A stretch of 64,000 bases of DNA from Somniosus microcephalus (Eukaryota): assembly GCA_052327205.1 (NCBI GenBank), contig CM126225.1:22940001-23004000 (forward strand), in the 5' to 3' direction. Below are positions 1 through 14,654 of the stretch, in pieces. The notes under the pieces are model-generated. The model saw only the letters and a program-made list of their open reading frames with translations, was not told the DNA's origin and searched no databases. Numbering within the stretch: the stretch's first letter is position 1; every line of letters begins with the position of its first letter. A program made the translations under genes and the position numbers.

Positions 1-3000
1 GTAAGAAAGCACAACGTAAAACCAGGCAGGTGGAGTAAAATCACGAGGACATTATCTGCATGTTCTGACGTGGGAATCTGAAGTTTAGAGCGATCATTTT
101 CAGAAACGGCGGGTGGAGGTTAGAAAATGAAACGGGCTGAGGTGCAAATGTTCCGCTTGATGCTACAAAAATAAGTACACCGGCTGTGCAGTCTTGCTCA
201 TCAATCATCCAATGTAGCTGAAATTTCAAAGTGAATGGAAGTTTCTTGCTTGTTTGTGGCAGGGACCTTGACTTAAATAGCTGCCCCCCGCCTTATATCG
301 ACGGAAAAGCGAACATCCAGATGAGACGTGCGCACATTTTTTTCGAAATAGGTGTATAATCCGCTCTCTATTCGCAGTCAGGCAGCGGTAGAAACATTGA
401 AAGGAAGGCCCATCTCGACCTGTAATTGCGCTTTTGATTCTAGATTTCTGTCTTTTCCTCCCATACAGTGCTTTATTACACTGATCAAAGCTTTTTTTTG
501 ACCGTTTCTATTACGCACAAGGTCTCGGAGATATTCGTTGGGTTTTTGCTTGCTTTTGAAGAAACATTTTCATATTCCCAGTTGCATTTTGTGTGTAAAA
601 ACAACCCAATTTTTTTTTTTAAAAACATGTTTCTTGATGAATTCACAGGGCAATCTCTAATGAGAACTAAAATCTTCACCAAACCAAAAGCAGGTTGGAT
701 TCACTTGACAAAGTGATAAGGGAAGACTCGTTGGACCAACCGGCGGCCAGAACATAGTCTTAGCGACATTTTATTTTGTATCTAAGGTGATTAAGAGGAG
801 CCTAGCTCATTGAAACCGTTTTCCATCTTTATATCAAACGTAATTGAAATTGCAGTAATATTGCACGAGTTACCAGTAAACGAATATACTTGAGATTTAA
901 TTTGTCTTTTTTTTTAAAAACTTGATTCTAAAAGTGTTACCTTCCCAATAAACACAAAGATTGGAGCTCTCATGCAGAGAAAGGTGATTAACGAATCCCA
1001 AAGCTTCCATCCAGCAACAGATCGCACTACTCGAGCAGTGTACTGGTCTGACCCTTTGCGATTTATTCTTTCATTTAATAATTACAAACTCATTCTATTT
1101 ATGAACATAAGTGCCTTCAGAAATATTAGCATGAAAGTAATCAAATACAAAATCTTGAAAAGTGAAACTGCAAAGAAAGCAAAATGTGACTCCAGTATTA
1201 ATAACGGTAAATTCTTTGTCGGGCTGGGCAAACAAGATGAACTATAATGGGAGCAGAAGTGATTGTGTTCAGCAGGGACTCTCCCCGTTAATTCGGTTGA
1301 CTCGCTCGGCTTCTCCGCCCCTGTCCTTCACTTCTGCAGCAGCCAAGGCAACAGAGCAATTTCGCCTCATCAGGAGATAAATGGCGGGAGCAGAGAGTGG
1401 TTCTGAAACGAGGGACGCATGTGCCCAAGAACCGCAGGATTAGTGCCCTTCCTGTCGCCATCAAGCTCTGTGCAAATTCTTTCCAAACCTGCAAGCTTAA
1501 ACACATCCAGTGGTTATGTGCGAGCTGGCCACTATCCAGTACCACAAATGGAATAGAAACAGCACTGCCTTTCCAAATTCAGCAGCAAAAACATCATGAT
1601 CATTTTTTTATTTGCAAATAGGCGCGAGTGCGCGCTCATTTAGAAGAGGACGCTGTGTTGTGTTTAGATTCTTTTGCACGAATTGAAACTCGAATTTGAT
1701 TATATGTTTGCTTATGGGCTGTTATTTGTAAACTACAGATCAAAAGTGCTGATTAGGAGGTGAACAATACATTAATGTTAATAATACGTTAAGGTTAACA
1801 AAACCATTGTGAGCGCTCCATTATTTGAAGTAGAAAATTAAACATGAAATAATATGATATGCTAAACAACAATCTTTGTGGTCTTTGGTGTGTGGCTCGT
1901 GTTTGGTGTTATTAAAAATACAAATTAAGATTTGGAAATTTTGGTGACACGAAATTACCGAAAGAAAATGCAAGTGATGAGACAGCAGCAGTATTTTAAA
2001 CAGCTTATCCGCAATTCGAGTTTCCCTGAATATAGGTTATGAGTGGGGAATGTAACGAAATGATATCTGGGCATTCAGCTCCGGTCTTTTTGAATGAGTT
2101 GCGAGCCAATGCAAACTGAGCCTGTCTCACAAGATGGGGGCCGATTATGCCCATTGAATTTGAAGAGCCTTTTATTTGTTTTAATCGCCGCGAAACGCAG
2201 CTGCTCTTTGTTTGTTGCTGTTAAATAGTTCAAACTAATCCAGTCGCGATTATAGTCATTTTTGTACCATCAGGAAAAGATCATTGTAGCTGAGAGTAAC
2301 ACTGGCGAAATCCGAAGTATCAGAGCCAGAACATGCATGGCGATTAATTTGAATGTCTACCCATCTCTCTCTCTTCCCCCCCCCCCCCCCACCCAATAAA
2401 ACAAACTAGGGTTTAACAATCGGTGTTTGTTTTGGAATAGTCAGATTAAGATAGGTTCTCGTCTGTAATCGTAAAAACCGCTGTTAAAAATCCAGCACCG
2501 AAAAGTAAGTGAACTGACTGAACACTGATAGTAATTCAACCGCCTAAAATCAGCATTAAGGGCTCTAATTAAATGTGCTTTCTCATTCACAGGCAAAGAC
2601 TCGTTTAATGGTTCGAATAATTGGATTCTATTTGTCAAATTCCAATTTGTATATTCCGCTATATTGAGGTGAAAAGTCCCCAATGGTTTTGAGCATCATT
2701 CTGTGATGAACTAACATTCCTACCCAAACCGGTTCAAATTTTGACTTTGTCTTTGGCTCAGGCTTGTAGAGTGATTGAATCGGTCACCTGTTTAGCTCAG
2801 TGTCCCTCCTTCATCTTCAACTGTAGAAAATCTGCTTTTCAGGTAAAATTTTGTTCATGGCATTAGCTCACAGTCGGGTAAAAGTTCTGACCACCGTGCC
2901 TTTGTGTCGATTTATCAGATTTGTTACTTCATAAGTGCAGTGTTCAAAAGGCTGCAATAACCATTTAAAAAGAACGATTACGGTTTTAGTTTGACGAATT

Positions 3001-6000
3001 TAAAATCTATATTTTTATAATGAGTATTATAGCATAGTTAACCCGTTTTATTAATACATGTGGGCAACCTAGATTACCATTATACATTTATTAAAATGCG
3101 AATGTCAAAGTAGTTTGCATTATAACAAAGGGCACGTTTTAAACGAATATTTCATGTACAAAGTTCACTTTTCACAAAGCAACTAAAACAGATAATTATC
3201 TAAACATTATCAATTTTAACGATTGGTTATTCGCGGCCAAGGTGTAAATTTGTATGCATAGGTGGACAAGTGTAAAATCCGGGTTTTATGGTTATTTAGT
3301 TTGGAGTTCAATGCAATCAGCCCAGATAAGTGCACACTGCCTAATGGATATATTGCAGCAAAGCCAAACAGGGAAGAGACTTTCCAGTTGGAACAAAGCG
3401 GCTGCTATGCATTTTTTCCGTGTCATCATAGTCAAACTCAGTAATTTTCCTTAAGCCCAGGTTACCCACTTTAACTTGACTCTGGCAATATAAACCATAT
3501 TTATCTTGATTAAAGAGCAGTTTCTGGTTTTGTGAATTAAGAGAACCCCCTCTGTCCAATCAAAAAGTCCAGTTCCTTTAGTGGATCTGAATAGGACATT
3601 TATTATTTATGCTTATCTTACACCATGCTTGTTGGTCTTGTATTTAAAACGTATTAATTCGTTTCTAAGTCGTGCAGTGGGGGTGTTGCGACGCCTGGAT
3701 GTCTGCTCTGACGTTCCCATGTCTAGTTATTAGAGCTTCTCTCCTTCTATTACTGCACATTGAAGCCTCTGCCTCCAATGCATGGCTCCAGGGCTCGCCT
3801 TTGTTCTTCCTATATCCATAATTATAGCTTTTAAAAGAGGGTACCTTTCCTTTTCTCGGTGCTTCTCCGTGTTATGACAACCACTTTGAATTGTCACCAA
3901 ATGATTTACGTCTTGCACTGCACGATTTGCTAATCCAGCATTTTAAATTTATGTTTTGCAAATCCAACAAAGTCTAACAAAATTAAAGAACAAACATACA
4001 AATAATGCTTGCGAAAATATGATGTTTCAACTTCCAACAACGAAACCGTGTCTCCTTTTTATGTTTTTAGATTGTAATGGGAAAGTGGTAAAATGTACTA
4101 TGTAGAGCATGCTTCTGGGGAATTCTGTACTGATATTCGTGTATTTGTATAGGTCCCCTATAGCTGGGCGAAGGTATTTACGTTGCTACCTAATGTGATT
4201 GCATGTTCCTACAGTCCCTTCAATAGGATCATAACTCTAGGATATGTGTTAAAATTAGACTGTTAACGACGGCTTAATGACTTTGTACAAACTAGTCTGC
4301 CTGGATCAGCAAAAGTAAATTAATCGTCTCTCTAAAGCTGCATTCATGCTTTTAACTGAAAATCAAAGTTTGTGAGCAATTGTATATGTAAATTTATATT
4401 GGAATGCACTTCCAAGCTAGGGCGTACAATTGATTTGCGATTAAGAATGGACTTATTCGTGACAGCGGACTTACAACAATTGTCATCATAATTGTTCCAC
4501 TAAATTAGTCAGCGAATATTAACTATTAAAAATTCGTCTTAAAGTTTTTTTTTACTCCCCAGAACAGTTCATAAAGTACAAACGGACATTTCTGGAAGAT
4601 ATTTGTCTACAATTATTGATTTTATATGTTCCTTAACTTTTTCGCCCATACGTTCTCACCTCAAACTTTACTTTATTCTTCCAATCTATTCAGTAATTTT
4701 GAATTGAACACTACATTTATTTTTAAAGTGCTTGGGTTTCTACTTTTTTTGCATCATAAGTTATTAACTATTAAATGAAGTTACACATTTCCTCCGTGAG
4801 TCGTTCAAAAAAGCGGATGCGTTTACAAGCTGTATGTAAAAGTCCTAAATGTACAAATTGGACGAGACCAGACGTTTCCAGGATGTCGTCCTGCCCTTGC
4901 AGAAAACGTACAGAAACAAGTTTATCGCGTGAACACTGATTTTACCTTTAAAACCTTGTCCAAAGCAAACATAAAGTGGAATAAGGGTGTAGCCATCAGT
5001 TCTAAATTGTTCAAAATTGACCTTAATTATTGCAGCAAGTTTGCATTTCGCAAATTGTTTTCTTGTCAGAAATAGATTTTAGAATCGATACATTAGCATC
5101 TCAATATCCTTCTATTCGATAGCATATGCAGGAAGAGTGGTTGAGTTATTGGTTAAACAGCTTTTAAAGGGAACAGTTAAGACAATGGCCTAATGTTGGT
5201 ATTTATCGCTGCATACAGCGTGTTAGACTGTGTAGAGTAACACTGGGTATAGGAATCTTACACAAAAGCGACAATACCAGTGCCCTCGTGTTGGCTGGAT
5301 TTAATCAAATAAACGGTTATACCTGCTCAATGCAAAGAACATGACAACTGTTCTGCAGAAATTACCTTCCATCTAAAGTTTCTCCAAGAGAATTAAGTGC
5401 TCAGTCTGGACTGTAGTTGTGAAGCATGTTAAAGTAATCGAGATTTGCAGTCCATACTCCGCGTTTTAATTTATTGAGTCAAAATGTATTTTGGCCCAAC
5501 ATGGAAGGAAGGATCAAGAATTTTAAGTCAAATTGTACCAATATTAAACTTCCTCTAAAGCTCCCATGACTGGCAAATGGAAACTCTCCTAGCGCACAAG
5601 CTTTAACTTTCACAGTCTTCTGATTACTTGTTTACATAACACATTGTACTACAAGTTATTTGGCAAGTTAACATTATTCGCTACCGCATGGACACAAACA
5701 GCATCTGTGCACAAGGAGGTATAGCACTTTTGATAGTTATTAACCCACGCGACATGTCTTGGGGAATAGCTGCTAAATGTGGAGAAAAAACACACGGTGC
5801 TGTTTTCAGTACAAAATGAAATCAAATGTCTTTTGTGCGAAATGGATTTGAACAGGCTGGAAAGTCAAATGTCTATATACCTCAAATTGTCTCCGTGTGG
5901 TTTATGAACGTGAGGGGAGGTTTAAGACATTACCAGCTATGTGCGTGTGCATGCTTTGCCAATTGCACTCTCTCTCTTCATATCAGAATAATTGTAGGCG

Positions 6001-9000
6001 AGATTGTACAGGAGAGAAGGCTGATTTTTGTTTTGCTGATGGCTGTTCAGTCGAAAATGTGAATTCTTCCAATCCGTTAAAACGTAAAGTAACGCTGCTC
6101 GTTGTATCCTTCGCTTAAACAAATGCATCCCCAGATTAAATGTATATAATCGCAGATTAAATGGATACACCACCAACCGTAAAATCAAGATGAAGCGCCA
6201 AGTAGTAATATCAGGGAGTCCGCAAAGTACTAGTTAACATCTGACCTAGACTCCTATAAAAAAAAACCTTTGCAAAAACTATTTAAAAAAGGTGACGCAC
6301 AGCAAGTGTTTTATGTGTATATCACGAATGTATTTATTGAGGGCAAGCAGCACAGCGCTAAGCTCCAGAATGATCAACAGAGAGCGTTTATGTAAACAGG
6401 AAGATGCTGTTGCTTCTGAATACACAATCGTTGCTGTATTTTGGTTACCACCCCGTCAATGTAAATACCCTGCATTATATCATCCTTATTTTAAAGAAAG
6501 GCTAGTCTTCATTTAATAACCCTGTGGTCTTATAAAGTGTGGTTCGCAATCAATAAGCTTCGGATCGGAAATGAATAATATTTCCAATTCGCCTCGAGCC
6601 GAGTGCTTTACATTTTAGGTAAAAATTGAAAGCAAGCAAAATCGCGAAAATAATCCCCAATTTTCGTAAGCCGGTTGCACCTGTTATATAATTAACTATT
6701 TAACAGCTCGCTTCTCCTTTCTCTCGATGAAAATCCTTTCTTTGGCTGGGTTTGAATGGCCGTCCTGGTACATTTGGAAGGCTGCAAATCATCTTCTCAG
6801 CAGGAGAAAGAAAACGTAGGGAACGGAACGAGCTCCTTACAATGAGGGGTTTATTCATGCTGCACAGATCAGTAGTAATTACGGAACGCTAGAAGGCAAA
6901 AATTGTTAAATACTGACTACACCCCGCAGCGTTCTTTTATTTTACAAAGCAATTTAAAAATAGTACTGAAAGCTCGACAAAGTATATGGATATAAGGGAA
7001 CATGCTTCGATACAGGAGTTTAAAAAAATGTTTCGATTTACAAGCACTCGAGTTTTGCCCGCCGTGCGCGTCCAAATTGTGGCTTATTCACCTGTTCTTG
7101 CTGGGCGTGAGACTGCTCCGTGCTTAGCATGTTTGGAGATCTCAGAAAAATCTGCCAGTTATTTAACAACAACAAAAACCGAGGGTTGTGATTGTCAGGC
7201 GAGATTTTCTGAATAGTTTTGCATCTTTTCACAAGGTGACAAATGGAAAAGAATGTTTAAAAAGCTGACGGTCAGCAACACGCTTTTATATCATCTGTTG
7301 ACTTTTATTCTGTGCAAAAAATAAAGAAATAAGAGAAAAGTTAAATATTCAGATCGGCCATGTCAGTTTTTTATAGCCAGCCAGTTTGAAAGAATAGTTA
7401 ATTCTAGATTCTAATTAGATTTGATATCCTCTAGTTTTATTTTCTAAACAGTTTGGGAATCAATAACTGGATGTCGCGTTGATATTTATATTGTCGTTTT
7501 AAACAAAAAACAATTTAAAAAATGCATTTAATGCAGCAACTGGCATTTTTGTATTGTTAGTGAACTCTTAAAGATCGGTTGAGCATTTCATATTGTACAT
7601 TTCCCAGACCGTCGGGAGAAAGGCTCGGATCGGATTTCTTTCTCGCGTGTTCCACTCCAAGGTTAACAAGCAGAGCAAACAAAGAAAATCTCAGCCTCTC
7701 CACATGCTTCCCAACACCTTTGAACCCCTTCATAGGTGTAGGGAGGCTAGGTAGCTACTCCATTTATTCACAGCCGCCACCTATCGCTGTCACAGCGCTC
7801 TCCCATCTATCATCTTTCACTGACACGTGTGGATAAAAAAAACAAATAAAGTTTTTTTTGTTTTTTTTTTAAACAACTCACTGACATTTCGTTCATCCTG
7901 TGTGCAAACATCATTTTCATTTTTTTTATAACCCCCCCCCTCCTCCTCCTCCTCCTCTCCCGTCGGCTTGACAATATAATCAGCTAATTATAATCAGATT
8001 GGAAAAATGCATTTCTGTACTTCAGAAAACACCGGAGTCCGCGATTCACCCGTTAATTTAATTGCACGCCAGACGCGGTATGAATATAGCGGTCAACAAC
8101 ACAAAAAAAGTACAGAAATTAGTAAAGGATCTTGACTTTAACAAAGTTCCGGGAACTGGTCCATCCAGGATTCGCTCTGGGTTCAATAAAATGATCGTAT
8201 ATTAGCGTTTTCTGTGACGGGACAAATACCTGATGCACCGAGTCCTGGTGATTTCCGACACGAGACTCGAAAGGCAGCAGTGACAGCGCCAGGCAACTCG
8301 CCGCTTGTGACAGGACTAAAGACATTTATAGTTGAAGTGGGTATCACATGAGAATGTCACTTAAATCGCCGCATTGATTAGCAGATAGCGGAAGAGACCA
8401 GGTATAATTAAGGGATAAAGTATAAGGTAAATGTCCCAAATCACACTTTAAAAAATGCAACGTTCTTTGCGCCTTTTGAGTTTTTGTGTGTGTGGAATCC
8501 AGCCCTTAGCTTTAACTGCGGTGTGACAGATGAACGAAACACCACTTAAAGCTCCGTGTTCAAATTAGTATGTTATATAACTTGTGGGGTACAGTTTGCT
8601 TCGTGGCCATTTTAAAATCCTTCTTTTAAACAGTATTGCGTGACCTTTCTGTCTCTTAGTTAAGTTGCCGACCAAACCAGGACGGAATTTTCAACACAAA
8701 CTTTGAGATCGCTAAAGCGGCCGCTCAATTTTCCTTTCATAGTTGTGTTTTTTTTTAACTCGTTTACTCCCCCTTTTCCTCTTTTTTTCTAAACCCAACG
8801 TCAACTTGCGGTGACTGAACTACGTTCTGGTGACTGCTCCAGTCCTCGCAGGAGAAGTTCGCGGATTCATTTTTTTTTTAAGTGTTTGTTTACCAGTTTT
8901 GCCGAGCACGCCATTGCTGGACCCATAAAACAATTTCCTAGCATGTTATAACGTGTTTATGAAATTGTTGGCTGATTATTTCGGATGGGCTGCTCGCTGA

Positions 9001-9019
9001 TGGAAATGCAGCTTTCATT

Positions 9020-9160
9020 AACTGATTCTAATTAAAGTTAATTAGGATCGCCGCCGGGTAAGTGATGTAATACGCCCTCCGTCCAATCACACCGCAGCAG
9101 CCAGCCAATTGGATGCGTTTGCATATCAGATCCATATGCATGAAGCAGCCATGCAAATCC
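9020..9160 (+). promoter_or_regulatory. Putative dlx4 proximal promoter
   Basis: Paired TAATTA homeodomain sites (about 9029-9045) and CCAAT boxes at 9083-9087 and 9105-9112 (palindromic CCAATTGG), about 280 nt upstream of the ATG. Confidence 0.5.
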
Positions 9161-9382
9161 AGAAGTTTTCCCTGAATTTCACGGGGAATTCTCTCAACTT
9201 AACCCCCTTTTTGTGACTCCGCATACAAGTGGGAAATTCGCCTCGACTTGGGAAAATTGAGGAGAAGACGGTTGGATTTGGTTGGCGATCGGCCTCTGTG
9301 TCAGTTTCATGTTGCGCGTCAATTCCATGTCAATTTCCTGCACGCTGGTAATTCCTAGTCAGTCCCGTGCACTTCCTCGTTA

Positions 9383-9683
9383 ATGATGACTATGACCGCG
9401 ATGGCTGACGGTCTGTTAGCACCAGACTCATCCAAGTCGGCCTTTCTGGAGTTTGGACACCCAGCTCAGCAGTCATCCCCTGGCATGTCCCATGGACACT
9501 ATCCGGTGCACGGCTTGCACTCCAGCGGACACTCTCAGCACGATGGCTCCTACTCCGGCGCCTCTTCCTATGGCAGATCACTGGGTTACCCGTACCCGAG
9601 CCCAGTTAGCAATCACGCGCCTAATCCGTACATGCCCTACCAGAACAGCAGCACTTTGGGTCACACCAGGTTAGAGGACACAG
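9383..9683 (+). CDS. dlx4: Distal-less homeobox protein Dlx4, coding exon 1 of 3
   Basis: ATG at 9383 gives MMTMTAMADGLLAPDSSKSAFLEFG, a Dlx1/4/6-class N-terminus. Donor CAG|GTAAG after 9683, phase 1 (301 nt). Confidence 0.92.
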
Positions 9684-10347
9684 GTAAGAACGGCTCGGAC
9701 ACCAGTTCACGTTGTCAAAAAATCGATCGGGTTACACCGTGGCTTCTCTCGCCATTCTGCAACGGAGTCAAAGCCCTTGCAGAGTGCGGTGCCGAGATTG
9801 GAGCGGCCTGGCTGATGACATTATTTATATATTCATAAAAAAAAAGTATTTTAATTACGTGCTTTAAATAGACAAGCGCAATTAGGCAAATCTAATGCTG
9901 GAAAATCATGAGCTCGTACAGTCTTCCGTCTCCTGCCAAAACGCCACAGTCATTGAGTGGCGCTACGGCGAAATAATCCATTGTTTGCCGAGAGATCCAC
10001 TTTACTGGGAAATTAAACGACCTGACCGATTACATAAGTGGAATGTTACAGTGAGCTAGCGGGGGAAACGTTACCGACTTAGAAAATACTAAAAATCGAT
10101 CCATTTTATGTATATTTTTGTAGTAAGACCACATCGGAGTACAGAAAGAAAGCATTGAGTATTAGAGTCCAGTTGTTGCAAAGCACCAGCACTTCTGTTA
10201 AAACGTTACTCTCTCTCTCCGGTAATAATAATTACGCTCCCGTCTTTACTGGGATCGCAGTGAATATATTTTATTATGCAGGGGGGCAGGGTGTCGTGAT
10301 TTTAAAATGTGATGTGCCTAAAACAGTGTTTCCAATTTCCCTCCAAG

Positions 10348-10541
10348 AACACGAGAAATCGACTGTAATCGAGAATGGAGAAATCCGATTGAACGGGAAA
10401 GGGAAAAAGATCCGAAAGCCGAGGACCATCTACTCGAGTCTGCAGTTGCAAGCCCTGAATCATCGTTTCCAGCAGACACAGTATTTGGCACTGCCCGAAA
10501 GAGCAGAGCTGGCAGCCTCTCTCGGACTCACCCAGACACAG
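10348..10541 (+). CDS. dlx4: Dlx4 coding exon 2 (homeodomain N-terminal part)
   Basis: Acceptor ttccctccaag|AA; encodes [65 protein letters not shown]; donor CAG|GTAGG; frame consistent with exon 1 (301+194=495 nt). Confidence 0.95.
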
Positions 10542-13500
10542 GTAGGGAGCTGGCCACAACCGATTCTCCTCTCTTAGAGTGTGAGAGTCCACTTAAAAAA
10601 TGCAACCCCTTTGTTCTTGGGAGGGAAACTCACACAGAGGCCGTTCTTGAAAAAGTGTGCAAATTTAACCCCGTTTGACAACCACAGGTCTGTTCTCACA
10701 CCGTAGCAGGTCTTAAGTAAAAGGCACGGAATTTGCATACCTCAAAGTATTCGCGATGAACTAGGTACAAAAATTCCAGCAATAACCCTTCGAATTCTTG
10801 TAGGGTTCAGTCGAGATCCCACCGCACTTAAAGCTGTTAATACAATTCTGCATTCGACTGCAATGTTTATGTCCCTTCTCGGATTTTTTTTTAATGACAG
10901 CGTGTGCTGTAAAGATGCAAGTAGACTGTGTTTGTACCGAAGCATTGTACCACTGCTCAACAAAATGGCAGAGGATAATTACAGGACTTCTGTGTAACGC
11001 CACTTTTAGAAGTTTTCTTGCGGGGTGTTTCTAATTAATCTGCTGGAGGGAGTGCGTTGGGAATTTGTATGTGATGCAGAAGCCCTTATTATATCCGTTA
11101 AATTACAAGAATTTGGGGGCAAACTAAATTGGTAATCGTTTACGCATCATCCATTTTTATAAAAGGTAACTTTAAAAAATGTGGTACAGCTTAACCATTC
11201 TCCAGGAAACTCAGCTGTATGTACTATGACTTGAAGATCAGAATTGAACAGCGCCTTTTCAATTCCTACGTAAGGAACTCGGGACAATTGTGTCATTTTC
11301 TAAAACTGCCATTTGCTCAGGGCAGTGGATTTTTTTTTAAATGCCAAATTTACCTCCTCCAAAATGGCCGCTAGTAATGAAAAGATAGCCCCTTCCAATA
11401 TTCCCCATCTATTATATTTCAGAACTCCTGATAATGTGGTGCATGAAACAAATCCGTACTATAGGACAAGGTAGACGGCGCATCGACTCCTCCACACAGT
11501 TGAAATCATAACACTTTTCAACGCCGCACAGTGAACCAGTCCATTGTTGTCATGCACCCTTCACACTTGTAAAAACACAGTAAGCTCTCGATATGTAATT
11601 CAAATGTTTTGAAGTTTTCATAAGTTTATCAATTTTCTTTTCGTGCTATTGAATGACACTTTTTTAAGTGTGTATAAAAAACCTCCAATTTCTAGAAAAC
11701 TGGAAAGTATCACTTGCTTCCCGTGAACAATTTACGTGCAGCACAGCTCAAACTATGTGTGCTTTCCTTTCTTTAGGCATTCTGCTGTTTTTGGTATTCC
11801 TGGCGCTTTCAGTTGAGTTCCTGTAAATCGCACATTAAAAATGTCTTTCGCATGACTTGTCCATCATAGGATTTCAAGTTTGTACAGGCATTAATAGTTA
11901 TCCAGAAAATCTCTTACTAAAGAAAAGAGCCAGATTACATGTGTATGGAAATCTCATATCTCCGAGAGATAGCCTCTTAATTCGGAACATAATACATTTA
12001 GAATTGATCATGATTATCACCGTAGCGCCTTCCTGTCAAACGAATGATTTTCGTTTTAATTATGTAAATATTTATCCCAATTACAGCTGCCGAACATAAA
12101 TCCGTAAATATGAAATGAAACTAGTAAGAGCATTTTGTTTCATGTCTTAAAGATTCGGAAACAAAGACATTGCAACAACGCGGGCTGTAAAATGCCTATA
12201 TAGACCTTTATTCCAAACAAAAGTTTGCTTGCATCTTCTAAAATAATAAACACTACAGTCTTTCAAATTCTTAGCAACTGTTCTGGCTGCAATTGGGCTT
12301 GTGTTCTGCTAGAGTTTATTTGTTGTATTGACAATAATTCGCCCCAGTGGAACTTTAAGAGAGCAAATAACACAGCCAGATCGTGTGCTGGCGAACGCCA
12401 CTTTGACATTGGCGTTGTGTCTGGTCTACAAATGTTCGCTACATAACCACCAGTTATTTCCACATCGAAACACGTTGAAGTCAATATGCTGAAAATAATA
12501 ACATTATGCAGACATGTAAATAGGCCCAAGGAAGGGACACGTTTTTAAAGAGAGAGGCGGTTTTAAAAGTTTGCTGCAGGTTCCACGGTCTAAATGGAAG
12601 CACAGACTCAACAGATCAGTATAAAATAAACTATAGCCATACTGCTGGCAAATACTGGGCGACATTTTCCCAATGTGTAATACTGATTCAACGCTGAGGG
12701 TCTTGCATGGTCCTGTTAGTATCTTCTTGTGTCACTGTCTTTTCGCGTTAAGCATTGGGCCGGGAAAGAAATTTAACAGGCACTAATCTATCTTAGCGTT
12801 GGGGTTCACAATCTAAATATAAAACCTACCAGAGGAGTTGGAGCGTGTCTCAAGACTTGGATTGTCAAATAATTGGGCAACTTCTCATTATAAAAAAGGA
12901 CACGGGTAAATGTTTTCGGTTTTGATTGCAGGATAAATCGCCATTAGCCAAATATCTAAAATGCCACTGGACTCTTTGACTAAAAAGGTAACTTTCATTT
13001 CAGGCTAAAGCTGGTTATCTTTAGTACGGAACCAAAGCTCCCTATAGTCATGTTCTATGTGAAACTATAGACTCTCGCATTTTAATGTCGATCTATAGTT
13101 CAATTAAAATCACTTGTGATTTTGCGCCAGTCTATAGCTTTTTTGCTATTACTGATCGGTTGAACGTGCACCACTTTATACCAAACTCCTTGTCATTTTT
13201 GCAAGGCATTTGTACTCTCATGTAGACTGTGGCATCTGATCCCGACTTGCAGCTTGCGTATAAAACCGCCTGTCTCTTATGTATCCTCTCCTTGTGCCAT
13301 TATCCCATTCCTTTATTCATCCCACTCATTTTCTTTTCGAAGCTCCTAAATGTGATTGCAGTAATTATTTACTGACGGCCTGCTTTTCAAGAGCAGCCTG
13401 AATGTTCAGGCATCACTGGTTTGACAAGATCATTGGCAAAGGGCTGCGGTAGCTTAAAGCCTTTTCTATATTACACATCAGTCCTTCGTAAACACTAGCA

Positions 13501-13729
13501 ACTGTGAATGTAGTTTGCTTTTGCAAAAATGATTTCACATACATTGAAATCGAAAACGGGCGGCGTTTTGGCTGAATCACTTGTGAATGTAAACACATGG
13601 CTAATCCATTTAAAAAAAACAGTGGTCTCTCTTGCATTCTATAAAGCCGTATGCGCCAAGTTATTCGAGTGTAGCGTTTCAACTTAACGGTGCAGCAAAT
13701 GTGATGCGTTTGTTTTTATTTTATTTCAG

Positions 13730-13981
13730 GTGAAAATCTGGTTTCAGAACAAGCGCTCCAAGTACAAGAAGCTGATGAAACACGGATCCAGCGTGCAAGA
13801 AGGCGACCACCTGCCCACTTCCGCTGCTTTGTCCCCATGTTCGCCCAATATCCCACCAGTCTGGGACGTTACCATGGCAAATAAGGGCGCCACTATGCCA
13901 CCGAACAGCTACATTAACAGTTTTGGGTCGTGGTACCCGCCGCCCCACCAGGACAACATGCCAAGACCCCAGATGATGTGA
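13730..13981 (+). CDS. dlx4: Dlx4 coding exon 3 (helix 3 and C-terminus)
   Basis: Acceptor ttttatttcag|GTG; [19 protein letters not shown]...PPVWDV...[11 protein letters not shown]-stop. SKYKK/MKHG and pairing with dlx3 favour Dlx4 over Dlx6. Confidence 0.92.
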   Translation: MKIWFQNKRSKYKKLMKHGSSVQEGDHLPTSAALSPCSPNIPPVWDVTMANKGATMPPNSYINSFGSWYPPPHQDNMPRPQMM

Positions 13982-14654
13982 TTGACCAGGAGTACAATCT
14001 ACCCCACAAACTTTTTATCATGTAAAACAAAAAAAAAATCAGTGTCCACATGATTTGAAGTAGTCTTATGGACGAGAAAAGACGACTGGTTAGAGATAAC
14101 AATGACTATATGCTTTCAGTCATATCTAAACAGGTTTGTTCTAGAAATACAATGGGTATATAGAGTCAGACTCCTCTAATGAGCTTTGTATGATGTTTGG
14201 AATTCTATTGGAGAAGTTTGATGCATCTATAATCTACGTTGTGAATTGCAAAAAAGGACTGATTTTATAGCTATTCTATTAAGCTCACTTTTAATGTTGT
14301 TTTAACAAAGAAAAACGCATTTTTACTCCAGGATGCAGATCCTTCTTCGTTGGGTAAAATGCATAGGCTGTATTTCAAAGTGCTGACTGATAGGCCGTCC
14401 CAATCCCTTCTTAGGGCAAGTGCCGTATCAGCTTTCTTTGTGTATTTGTATTTAATTACCGCAATTCCAGATTGAAGCATTGTGTAATTTACCGTATATA
14501 ACTTCAGCCAGACCGAGCTGTAAACATCTGTTTTAGTTGAGGAGCATCTGACTGGAATATTCAGGGCTTTGTTTTGCAAAGAACAATCTGTGTCTGTGTG
14601 GAGAGAATGCGATGAATTCGAACACCTACAATCGCCAAGCTGCGTATAGGCCGA

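Noticed and set aside
41-8325. Many 60-90 aa ORFs upstream of dlx4
   Set aside because: No recognisable domains, mostly non-ATG starts, no consistent exon structure; chance-level in non-coding DNA.
10155-10347. Upstream in-frame extension of the dlx4 exon-2 ORF, and the similar extension at 26137-26235 for dlx3
   Set aside because: Intronic read-through before clear splice acceptors; no Dlx similarity.
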